From assembly GCA_963675755.2 (NCBI GenBank), contig CAXXMD010000002.1:896001-960000 (forward strand): 64,000 nt of DNA, in the 5' to 3' direction. The notes under the pieces are model-generated. The model saw only the letters and a program-made list of their open reading frames with translations, was not told the DNA's origin and did not search any database. This document shows positions 1 through 9,091 of the stretch, in pieces. Every line of letters begins with the position of its first letter. Position 1 is the first letter of the stretch. A program made the translations under genes and the position numbers. This stretch comes from a bacterium. GTDB lineage: Bacteria > Zhuqueibacterota > Zhuqueibacteria > Residuimicrobiales > Krinioviventaceae.

Positions 1-97
1 TGTTTGAATTCCAACCAGTCTGACTGAATAGGCCAAAGTATTTATGGTATGAATAATAAATGTAAAAATAAATACAAATATTATTGAATTTGACATT

Positions 98-853
98 TTA
101 AAAACTTGTAGAAAGGTTTAAACTAAACCTGGGATCATTATTAACTGAATCAATTTGAAAATTCATATCCAATACAGACTGATCAATATTCTTGTTATGC
201 TTGTAAACTGACCAAACCGCATCAATGGCACTTACTACATGATTAGCCAGAATTGCACCAATAACAAAAGTTGCACGGTTATCTGCACGATCAGCAGAAA
301 TCCTCAATTGTTCATAATTATGTTGATAGGTTGCATTTTCCCAATCCCAATACATTCCTTCAACATCATAATAATATTCAGGAAGATTGCGGTCCCTCAA
401 CTTTGCAGCATTATATTCATTGATATTATCATAATTGCCCAGGTCAACAAAATAAGATTCGTCTTTATTAGAAAGGTCCACACCAGCATAAGAAGCAGCA
501 TATGTCTTGTATTCGTCCTTGCGCCATTCGCGAAAAGTAACCAAACCGGAATAAGCCAGCCACAAAGTTACTTCTGATGCAAAAAAGTATTGTGCCTTTT
601 TGGTATTCCCGGTATAGCGTTCTCCCAATCCGGGAAGAATCATAGACATTAAAAAAGCTTTACCCTTATTTTTGGGAACTATGGAATTTACAGAAAGATC
701 CTTATTTGCCTCAACCTTGGGTGTTCCCTGAGCTAAAAGTAAATCTTTATTCAAAAACAAATCATTTGACAAAGATCCCGTTTGGGCTTGTAGTGTCGTT
801 ATTGTTGTTAAAAAAATGAGTATTGTTAACAATGCTTGTTTCATATAATTCAC
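98..853 (-). CDS. exported/membrane hypothetical protein (DUF5683-like), paralog of the upstream gene
   Basis: Signal peptide, KGKAFLMSMILPGLGERY motif, C-terminal NHVVSAIDA helix and a final beta-strand ending in F. Confidence 0.6.
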   Translation of the reverse strand: MNYMKQALLTILIFLTTITTLQAQTGSLSNDLFLNKDLLLAQGTPKVEANKDLSVNSIVPKNKGKAFLMSMILPGLGERYTGNTKKAQYFFASEVTLWLAYSGLVTFREWRKDEYKTYAASYAGVDLSNKDESYFVDLGNYDNINEYNAAKLRDRNLPEYYYDVEGMYWDWENATYQHNYEQLRISADRADNRATFVIGAILANHVVSAIDAVWSVYKHNKNIDQSVLDMNFQIDSVNNDPRFSLNLSTSF

Positions 854-1674
854 CAGTTCATTCGTAAGGTTAAAGCTGTGTATTGTTTGTTATTATAATA
901 TCTGGGTTCTAAACGGAGTGCAGTTTGAACTTTATTGTTATGGATTTTTGTACTCCAGGCAGCTTCAAAAGCACTTATAATGTGATTAAATACGGCAATA
1001 GTCACACCTGTAGTAGCACGTTTAAATGCCTGATTACTTGCATCACGACGATCTTCATAATACAAGCGGTTATCTGAAATGTATTTATTTCGGGTCATCT
1101 CTGTAACATCCATATTGATATTATAGCTGGGATCAGAACGAAAATCATCCCATCCCCAGTTGAATTGGTAATATTTGCCAATCATTTCATAATACTGCTG
1201 ATCCTTTTCAACATGCAGACCATGACTGAATGCTGATTGTTCCCAATCACGCAAAGCATCTATATCATTTGATGGTAAACCCGATTGTACAGAAATCCAA
1301 TTCCAGTATTCATCCTCACTCCAATGTGTATCGGCATAATCCTGAAATTCGTTTTCTATATCGGTTCCTTCCGCATCATTTACAAAATACATGGCCCACG
1401 AAGCAGCTTCAACAGTTAAAAATCCCAAAGCTTTTTTCCATGATCCATTATAATATTGTCCGGCACCAGGTATTGCCAAAGAATAGAATAATGCCTTTTT
1501 AACAGATTTAACATCATTGTTTTGAACAACTGCTGTAGATTGGGTTCCGGCCTCTACATCATTCATTACAATGAGGGGTGCTGTTGTATTTTGCAGATAT
1601 TCCTGCCAATCAGTTTTTTGGGAAAAAACTGATACTGCAAACATTAATGATAGTAGTAATAATTTTGTTCTCAC
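850..1674 (-). CDS. exported/membrane hypothetical protein (DUF5683-like)
   Basis: KKALFYSLAIPGAGQYY and NHIISAFEAA motifs; start moved to GTG 1674, which follows a GGAG RBS. Confidence 0.6.
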   Translation of the reverse strand: MRTKLLLLSLMFAVSVFSQKTDWQEYLQNTTAPLIVMNDVEAGTQSTAVVQNNDVKSVKKALFYSLAIPGAGQYYNGSWKKALGFLTVEAASWAMYFVNDAEGTDIENEFQDYADTHWSEDEYWNWISVQSGLPSNDIDALRDWEQSAFSHGLHVEKDQQYYEMIGKYYQFNWGWDDFRSDPSYNINMDVTEMTRNKYISDNRLYYEDRRDASNQAFKRATTGVTIAVFNHIISAFEAAWSTKIHNNKVQTALRLEPRYYNNKQYTALTLRMNW

Positions 1675-1693
1675 TTTTAACTCCGTATTGGAT

Positions 1694-4600
1694 TTAATCC
1701 TGGAAATCAAACAATATACTTATATAATGACGCCATTCATTACCATAGGTATAACCTTCATGCTCAAATTCGTCAAGAGAATATGCGCTTGAAAATTCAA
1801 ATGCTGTGGGAAATCCATAAAAAGAGAATCCTGCAAAACGAAGATTAACACCGGCGTCTTTTTTAAAATCATCTAACTTGATCTCATCTGTATTAAATGC
1901 ATTTCCATAATCCACAAACGCACCCAGATAGAGATTGTTAGTGGTAATGTGTAAGAAACGCTTTTGCAGATTCTTGAAAATTGGAAAACGATAGGTAAAA
2001 CGTCCAACTAAAAGTTTACGTCCTTCTATACTGTAAAAAGGATACCCTCGTAAACCGGGCAAACCACCGGCAAAAAAATTGAAAAAGCTGTCAACCGGAC
2101 GATCAATCCAGCCTCCTATCAGATTTACATCAAGTGCATGATTACTGGTAAAAGGGATTCCATAGTACTGATGCATATTCAACTGCACCCGGCTGTAATT
2201 GAATTTCGTATAGACTTCCTGAGGTGTTCCATATTCATTATCTGTGGCAAAATCATCAAAGAAATCATTCATCTCATAGGTGTACTGGATATCTAATTTC
2301 ATTCCGGAAGTGGGATTAATAGAAGAATTTAAACTGGGTGCTACCCAATCTGCATCCCATTGTACACCAAAATGATTACCCACAAAATATGTATTATTTG
2401 GTGAAACCCATTTTACATTTTGAAAAAAGAAATCTTTGATCTTTGATGTATAACGCTGATGGCTGTACCAGGCTCTTACACCCAGATCCTTTGTAACGTG
2501 AAAACGTGCACCAATATCAGCTTCCAATATATTGAACTGAATATCCACAGGTGCTTTTTCGGGATAATCTTCAATCACATCAATAGAACGTTTAATATTT
2601 CGGGTAAATGCGTACAGTTCTAAAAAGATAACTGGTGGTAAATGGCGATACTCAAAAATGGCAAAAGCATCCAAATCCATTCGATGGTTCATAGCCACAC
2701 CACCAAGAATGGAATATCTTTCCAAAATATCACTTGCGTAAAAATAGGTGCCCAGCTTGACTTTATTAGAGTCAACCATAACTCTGGGCAAAACCATCAT
2801 TTGCCCATAATCCATGGAATAGGGTTCTGCTTTTACATCCGGTAACTTTGTATCATCATAATGTCGGGCTTGAGCAAATCGGTCATTCTTGAACGCATTG
2901 TCCAACTCCGGTGCAATATCATAAGCAACAGGATAAACAAGGTTAGAAGCATCAATGGGTTGAATATCTTCAATTGCAGCTATCTTATAACCATCATATT
3001 CAAAGTGAGAATATACAAGTTTATTATCCTTAGAAACTGACGGCATAAAGGCACCGCCAATAACATTGGTAACCGGTTCTGGATGTGTACCATCAGTTTT
3101 TACTCTGTAAATATTGTGTATGCCTGAACGGTCCCAGGCAAAGAAAATATAATCACCATTGGGTCCATAAACCGGATCACGAGCATCACCATATTCGGTA
3201 ACAACATCAGTGATTTTCTTTGATTCAATATTTACCGTTTTAATATCACGTCCATGAGGGCGTGATTGAGAAAATACAATATTCTTGCTATCCGGTGAAA
3301 AACGTGGAGAATAAACGCCTTCACCTTGCGAAAAATTTGTCAATTCTGTAAAGTTTTTCGCATCTTTATCCAGCATCATAATATTGTCCGTACCATCTTT
3401 TTGAACGATACAGACAATGTGTTCACCATCGGGTGACCAATCCGGATCTATGGAACGTAGACTGGAAGTTAATTTTTTCTCTTTCTTGGTATCAAAGTCA
3501 TAGACATATAAATCAAAGAAATGTGACATATCCTCAACCCGATGTCTTTTTTGATACAAAAGTTTTTTACCATCAGCTGACCAGGCAACACTTCCATTAA
3601 TACCGCCTTTGATAAACTGAGATTTATCAGTTTCCACATCATAAACAAACAACGAAGTCAAAGAAAGATAGTCAGAAGTTTTACTTCCACAATATGCAAT
3701 TTTTTTACCGTCAGGAGACCATACCGGTGAAATATTGCCAATACCTTCATCAATTAGTAATTTACCGGTTACCTGATTTGCTTTAACTGTTTCTAATCTT
3801 TTTGCATAATAGGTATTCAAATGCTCTTTCCACTCATCATAAAAAGTATAAGCATCTTTACCCGTAACATTCTTGATTGCACCATTCACGGAAAAGTTGA
3901 ATTTCTTTTTCAAATCCTGAGTAATGGTTTTAAGAGATTCTTCACCATAGTTATGGGCGATATAACGTGTAAGTGCGTAACCAGCATTATAGGTGCGCTC
4001 GTTACCCAGACTGTTTTTCCCAAATACTCCCATCTGATCGAATGTATGCAGCTTGTCATTTACCACAGCAGTACGAATTAACATGTCACGATGAGTGTCC
4101 CAGCGATCATAATCCAATCCCGAAATCATGTACTGGGCCATACCTTCTGCCAACCACATTGGCACAATTGTCATGGGAATTGCATAAGATGCAATCTGGT
4201 TCGGATAACCATACAATACATCGGGACGTTTTTCCTGCTCATAACCGATCCATTGTAAATACAATGCCGGCACACGTCTGGCCAGTTTGCGTGATGCACC
4301 CAAAGAGATCATATGGCTGAACTCGTGGGTAACAACATTACGAAGCCAGTTGTGGGTTCCTCGCAAAATGAATGTCATCTGGGGTGCCCAGATCTCTACC
4401 TTATTATCATAATAATAAGCAGCACCATTTGAATTATCATCAAAATCTTTAATAATAAAATGAATTTTACCATCAGGACGATAATCATACAAATCTGTGA
4501 CAGGTTTATAAATGTCCTCTCCTATTTGCATAACAACACGAGCTGTCCGCTCTGCACCTTTATGGAAATGGACTTTGAAATGTTCCGATTCTATGGTATA

Positions 4601-4696
4601 CCAGTCAAGTTCAGGATGAGTATAGTTGAATTCCTGGGCAAATATCTGGATGTTTAAAAATATAAATAATAAAAAGTATATCCGTTTCATTAGCAT
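1694..4696 (-). CDS. Omp85/BamA-TamA family outer membrane protein with N-terminal gluzincin-like peptidase domain and PD40/TolB-like beta-propeller
   Basis: Signal peptide; HEFSH plus WLAEGMAQY; repeated P.WSPDG motifs; C-terminal barrel with a GLRGY loop motif. Confidence 0.75.
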   Translation of the reverse strand: MLMKRIYFLLFIFLNIQIFAQEFNYTHPELDWYTIESEHFKVHFHKGAERTARVVMQIGEDIYKPVTDLYDYRPDGKIHFIIKDFDDNSNGAAYYYDNKVEIWAPQMTFILRGTHNWLRNVVTHEFSHMISLGASRKLARRVPALYLQWIGYEQEKRPDVLYGYPNQIASYAIPMTIVPMWLAEGMAQYMISGLDYDRWDTHRDMLIRTAVVNDKLHTFDQMGVFGKNSLGNERTYNAGYALTRYIAHNYGEESLKTITQDLKKKFNFSVNGAIKNVTGKDAYTFYDEWKEHLNTYYAKRLETVKANQVTGKLLIDEGIGNISPVWSPDGKKIAYCGSKTSDYLSLTSLFVYDVETDKSQFIKGGINGSVAWSADGKKLLYQKRHRVEDMSHFFDLYVYDFDTKKEKKLTSSLRSIDPDWSPDGEHIVCIVQKDGTDNIMMLDKDAKNFTELTNFSQGEGVYSPRFSPDSKNIVFSQSRPHGRDIKTVNIESKKITDVVTEYGDARDPVYGPNGDYIFFAWDRSGIHNIYRVKTDGTHPEPVTNVIGGAFMPSVSKDNKLVYSHFEYDGYKIAAIEDIQPIDASNLVYPVAYDIAPELDNAFKNDRFAQARHYDDTKLPDVKAEPYSMDYGQMMVLPRVMVDSNKVKLGTYFYASDILERYSILGGVAMNHRMDLDAFAIFEYRHLPPVIFLELYAFTRNIKRSIDVIEDYPEKAPVDIQFNILEADIGARFHVTKDLGVRAWYSHQRYTSKIKDFFFQNVKWVSPNNTYFVGNHFGVQWDADWVAPSLNSSINPTSGMKLDIQYTYEMNDFFDDFATDNEYGTPQEVYTKFNYSRVQLNMHQYYGIPFTSNHALDVNLIGGWIDRPVDSFFNFFAGGLPGLRGYPFYSIEGRKLLVGRFTYRFPIFKNLQKRFLHITTNNLYLGAFVDYGNAFNTDEIKLDDFKKDAGVNLRFAGFSFYGFPTAFEFSSAYSLDEFEHEGYTYGNEWRHYISILFDFQD

Positions 4697-4699
4697 TCT

Positions 4700-7573
4700 C
4701 TACTTAACCACTGCGATTTTTATAAACTGAACTGATGTATCACTAGAGCCGCTGGCTTCAATTCGTGCCAAATATGCTCCACTTTGTACATTACTAACAT
4801 CCCAACGGACCTCATGATCACCGGGTGTTGTGCCGCTTCCGGTTAATTCTTCTACAAATTCTCCGGCAATATCATAAATACGTATACTGACAGCACTTAC
4901 CGACTGGTTCAATCGGTAACGTATATTACTGAATCCACCATCAGCCGGGTTAGGATAACAATACGTTCCCTTTTCAGACAAAACCTTTGTAGATTGTGTC
5001 AACTGATGAGTGTCACCTGCAACACTGAAAGAATTTTGATTATTTCCACCATAACTGGTCCAGTTCTTGTCAGATGCCAACGTTATATCAAGATCAAAAA
5101 GATAAAAATATCCATCCGTTGAAATCACTCCACATTCCTGTTTTCCATCACCATCCATATCAACCAGGATTGGAGATACATGTACAGCACTGCCAACAGA
5201 CAGAGGAAAGCCTTCTACCATATCACCATTTGAATCATGCGCAGTTAACTGGCCTCCCAGTGTTGCGTTAATTACAATTGCACCATATTCATTTGTAACA
5301 GCAATCAATGGACTTGTCTTTTCTCCAATCAAATTATCACTTGTTAAATGAGCAGGAAAATTGGAAACAGGAGAATTTTCATAATTATATCCACGAATGT
5401 CAGATTGATATTGTCTGAACAGTTCAGGCAAACCGTCATTATCCATATCACCAACAGCAGGAAGTGTTGAAGCAAACATGGGTTCTGCACCTAAATTTCC
5501 ATCAAAATCTGCCAAAGCCAGAAAATTGGTTTGATTTGTGGTAGAGATATTTTTCGAATCCAGAATTTCAAGTGATGGTGATAATTTAAAATATTCACCA
5601 GTTTCGCTGATTATAGCAATTACATTTGATTGGTATGCCAAGCCGGTAATTGCGTTTGAACATATTGTTTTGCGGTCTATCACAGAATAATTGGGTGCAT
5701 CTACAATTACCAATTCACCATTAACAGTGCCTACAATTATGACTGTCAAGTTGGATAAAATTAGTGGGCCAGCAGTTATTTTAGATTGTATATCAATAAC
5801 CGTGTCGACTTTAGCAAAATTCTCGCCAACCCGAATTAAATATAATTTACCACTTTGACCGGCTAAAACCATCCTGTTTTGGTTGGTTCTGGTCGGTGGA
5901 AAAACTGCAGGAGGTAAAGAAAACGTATCATCAATATTTAAAACAAGATTTTCTTCTGTGTAGAATTCACCGTTTATATCCCAGCTAAACAATCTCCCAT
6001 CAACTGACAATGCAACTAGATAATTATTATTGTTAAAACCTACAGTTTTCAACGAACCGTTAAAAAATTCAGTACCTACATTTCTTGGAAATCCATCAAC
6101 CAGTCTGTCATTTTTGACAGAAAAAGTCATAACCGTATCATTATCACTAATGTTAAAAATATGAATATGACTTTTAGAACCATCATTTGCATTGCTGTTT
6201 GGAATGGTATAGGGAGACAAAGCTACTGTGTCAGTTTGATTATTGACATATTTATGAGATTCATTATCTGCCCAATAGGGATCATAATAGTCACCGGATT
6301 CTGCTCCCGAAGCAGCAGAAAATAGATCATAATAATAACCCAAATCCTGTGCACCATCACTTTCAACCAGATCAACACCGCGATGTTCACGGTCGTTATT
6401 GATACTATTGGTAGCAAGACTATCATTGATAATATTTTCATCAATATGCCAGATCAACAAGCCTGAACCGGGTAATCCAAAATCATATTCATCAATGCTT
6501 GTAATGACACCCAACTCACTATCAGCAGTTACATTGGCTTGAGTGTCAAATTGGGCTCTGTTTCCATTTTCATCACGGCCAAATGTCACTTCATCTTTAA
6601 CAGGATCTGTTTGGCGGTTTTCAACAAGAAAATATTCGGTAGAAGAAATTGGAATTTTATAGATATGAGGTGCAGAAGCTGTAGTTGTTGTGCCAATTTT
6701 CAAATCCGTACCATGTGTTACAACTACAGGTTCTTCCCATCCAAGATAAACTTTCATCCAGGCACATGGGTATGCGGGAATCAAGCCCTGCATATTATAT
6801 GAACCCTGATCCATCAGTCCCCAGCGGCCAATACCTGCGGAACCATCCAGCGTATTAAACATACTGGGCATACCCAGTTTGCTACCCATGAGCAGGGTCA
6901 TTGTTCCCAAAAGACCCAGTTCATAGCCTTCCTGACTTTGAGCTTCCGGTAAGATTATTCCTTCTTTAATAAAGATACCATCGCCAACATCAATCCCCTG
7001 ATAAGTGGTGTTACCCTCACCTAAAGTAGATTGCAAGGTTTCAAAGTCAAGATAAACTGACTGAATGTCATAGGGAGTTGCGTCAAAGTCAAAAGCAAAA
7101 TCACTACCAATACCAGCATGAAAAATTATAACACCATCATACTTGGAAAAGTCAGGATTATCATTTTCTATTGCCAAATTTATTACATCATAAAGTAATT
7201 CAGACCAGCGTTTATTTTTAAGCTCATCATTTTCCTGACCACTATAATAAACCATATTTTCAGACAATGTATATACTTCATTTTCACCTTCGGGTAATAC
7301 ATCCGCTTCAATTACAAGCTGATTATTAGATATTCTTGCAAAATAGTTCTTTAAAGCCAGCATCTGGTGTTGAAAATATGTACGATTATGGGGTGGTTTA
7401 TCTATGTTAAATTCACTTTCATTACCAAGATCAAACAATCCGTCACCTGTGGTAGTAGCAAGCTGATCTTGCTCAAACTGCGCACGTAATACCAGATAGT
7501 TGAGATTGCCCGACTGAGCAAATAGTAACGGAGTCAGAAATAAAAATAAAAACAATATGCTTCTTTTATACAT
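4700..7573 (-). CDS. secreted protein with M6/immune-inhibitor-A-like domain (HExxH lost), FG-GAP repeats and T9SS type A CTD
   Basis: IIFHAG, WGLMDQG, EYFLVENRQ and GLLIWHIDE (M6 features); DMDxDG repeats; YPNP...KIAVVK C-terminus. Confidence 0.75.
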   Translation of the reverse strand: MYKRSILFLFLFLTPLLFAQSGNLNYLVLRAQFEQDQLATTTGDGLFDLGNESEFNIDKPPHNRTYFQHQMLALKNYFARISNNQLVIEADVLPEGENEVYTLSENMVYYSGQENDELKNKRWSELLYDVINLAIENDNPDFSKYDGVIIFHAGIGSDFAFDFDATPYDIQSVYLDFETLQSTLGEGNTTYQGIDVGDGIFIKEGIILPEAQSQEGYELGLLGTMTLLMGSKLGMPSMFNTLDGSAGIGRWGLMDQGSYNMQGLIPAYPCAWMKVYLGWEEPVVVTHGTDLKIGTTTTASAPHIYKIPISSTEYFLVENRQTDPVKDEVTFGRDENGNRAQFDTQANVTADSELGVITSIDEYDFGLPGSGLLIWHIDENIINDSLATNSINNDREHRGVDLVESDGAQDLGYYYDLFSAASGAESGDYYDPYWADNESHKYVNNQTDTVALSPYTIPNSNANDGSKSHIHIFNISDNDTVMTFSVKNDRLVDGFPRNVGTEFFNGSLKTVGFNNNNYLVALSVDGRLFSWDINGEFYTEENLVLNIDDTFSLPPAVFPPTRTNQNRMVLAGQSGKLYLIRVGENFAKVDTVIDIQSKITAGPLILSNLTVIIVGTVNGELVIVDAPNYSVIDRKTICSNAITGLAYQSNVIAIISETGEYFKLSPSLEILDSKNISTTNQTNFLALADFDGNLGAEPMFASTLPAVGDMDNDGLPELFRQYQSDIRGYNYENSPVSNFPAHLTSDNLIGEKTSPLIAVTNEYGAIVINATLGGQLTAHDSNGDMVEGFPLSVGSAVHVSPILVDMDGDGKQECGVISTDGYFYLFDLDITLASDKNWTSYGGNNQNSFSVAGDTHQLTQSTKVLSEKGTYCYPNPADGGFSNIRYRLNQSVSAVSIRIYDIAGEFVEELTGSGTTPGDHEVRWDVSNVQSGAYLARIEASGSSDTSVQFIKIAVVK

Positions 7574-7621
7574 AGCAGGTCCTATGGTCTGTCATAAACA
7601 AGATACAATGTCATTTTTAAA

Positions 7622-7654
7622 ATTTGTGCACAGTTTATTTAACTGTGCACAAAT
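7622..7654 (-). terminator. perfect 14-bp hairpin downstream of porV (terminator or stabilizing stem)
   Basis: ATTTGTGCACAGTT-tattt-AACTGTGCACAAAT; U-tail is short. Confidence 0.55.
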
Positions 7655-7666
7655 CAATATCTATTA

Positions 7667-8767
7667 TTAGAATACAAATGATAATGAAAAACGCATTGTA
7701 TTAGAAAGTGGGTGCCCCTCACTTGCAGCTACATAACCGAAATCAAAACGATACATATTGTACTGGATACCAGCACCAAAAGAAGTAAATTTTACTTTAC
7801 CAGGTTCATCCCAATAGTAACCGGCACGTAAAGCAATAAGATCGCCATACCAGTATTCAAGACCTGTACTCAAAATCCCATTGAAAATTGTGGATTCACC
7901 AACAAGTTCTTCTTTTTCATCATCACCCAGGTTTTCATATTCTTTTTCTACAACTGTCCAGGGTGAAGTAAATAAAGCTTTATACCACGCATCAGAAGTA
8001 CCATCAGCATTACGTTTAACCATCATATGGTTCATATCACCAACCCAGGTCAGTTTATTGAATTCATCATCGATGAATTTGTAGGCAAAACCGACTTTTA
8101 AATTGGTTGGCAATGGATCAGCTTGGGCAGCATCGATATAGGTAATTTTGGGACCCATATTGGAAAGATTGGCACCAAAGCTCAATTTACGATGGAATGG
8201 GATTTTGTAAATGGTAGACAAGTCAAATGAAAAAGCATTTGCTTTACCATCACCTTGTTCTGCACCAGCACCAACACTGGAAAGATTTGAGCGGATATAA
8301 CGCAAACCAACACCAACTGCCCAATCCTGATTCAACTTTGTACCATAGGTAGTAGAAATAGCAAATTCGTAACTGCTAAATGTACCCAATGGATCAGGAC
8401 CTGATTCATCAGTAATGGTTTGTTCACCAAGGTTCAAATAAGTTACATTTACACCAAATGAACCCAATCCTTCAACTGAATGACGATAAGCGGCAAAATC
8501 ATAATAAAGATCTGAACCAAATTGAGGCAGCCAATTAGCATGCATCAAGGTTAATTCACGTCCTTCAAGAAATCCTAATCCTGCAGGATTCCAGAAAACC
8601 GCTGTAGCATCATCAGCTAATGCAACAAAGGCTTCACCCATACCAGCAGCTCTGGCTCCGGGAGAAATCTGCAAAAACAACACTGCGGCTTCACTCACTG
8701 CATAAACCTGGCTGGAAGAAAACAGCACTGTTGAGATTGTAATTAAAGATAAAATCAGCTTTTTCAT
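7667..8767 (-). CDS. porV: PorV/PorQ family (T9SS shuttle-like) outer membrane beta-barrel
   Basis: FLQISPGARAAGMGEA...D..AVFWNPAGL, NMGPKITY, PLPTNLKVG, HPLSNTMRFSL; GGAGG RBS. Confidence 0.8.
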   Translation of the reverse strand: MKKLILSLITISTVLFSSSQVYAVSEAAVLFLQISPGARAAGMGEAFVALADDATAVFWNPAGLGFLEGRELTLMHANWLPQFGSDLYYDFAAYRHSVEGLGSFGVNVTYLNLGEQTITDESGPDPLGTFSSYEFAISTTYGTKLNQDWAVGVGLRYIRSNLSSVGAGAEQGDGKANAFSFDLSTIYKIPFHRKLSFGANLSNMGPKITYIDAAQADPLPTNLKVGFAYKFIDDEFNKLTWVGDMNHMMVKRNADGTSDAWYKALFTSPWTVVEKEYENLGDDEKEELVGESTIFNGILSTGLEYWYGDLIALRAGYYWDEPGKVKFTSFGAGIQYNMYRFDFGYVAASEGHPLSNTMRFSLSFVF

Positions 8768-8795
8768 CAGAGTATACCTCCTGTTATCACATAGT

Positions 8796-8995
8796 AAAAA
8801 AAAATCCGAACCTAAAAGAGTTGCTCCCTAAAGAAGTTACCCTTTTACATCCGGATAATATATTCCACGGGCAAGCTTCATAGTTCGCAAACAGGTTTAA
8901 ATAATAAAGAATTAAAGTTATTTCAAATACCAATCAGTTAATTTAATTAAACCTATAACGAACTTTAATAAGCTTACTCCTTGTTTGTGATTAAA
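8796..8995 (-). ncRNA. candidate structured leader RNA/sRNA upstream of porV: long rod hairpin plus terminator hairpin with a 9-T run
   Basis: Two extended stems (8865-8990 and 8804-8856) whose mismatches become G-U pairs only on the minus strand; T-run at 8796-8804. Confidence 0.5.
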
Positions 8996-9002
8996 TCTAA
9001 TA

Positions 9003-9031
9003 AAATTACGAATATAAAGCTATAGAGTCAA
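9003..9031 (-). promoter_or_regulatory. putative sigma70 promoter for the porV leader
   Basis: TTGACT-N17-TAATTT on the minus strand, immediately before the structured region. Confidence 0.45.
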
Positions 9032-9091
9032 GCAGTTTTTGATCAAAATGAAACTGCATTACTCTGTACCTACCGTAATTTAACAAATTAC

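Noticed and set aside
8865-8990. 6S RNA, or a leader peptide after AAGGAG, in the porV leader
   Set aside because: No clear large central bubble, and no ATG/GTG/TTG start at a suitable distance from the AAGGAG; kept only as an unclassified structured RNA
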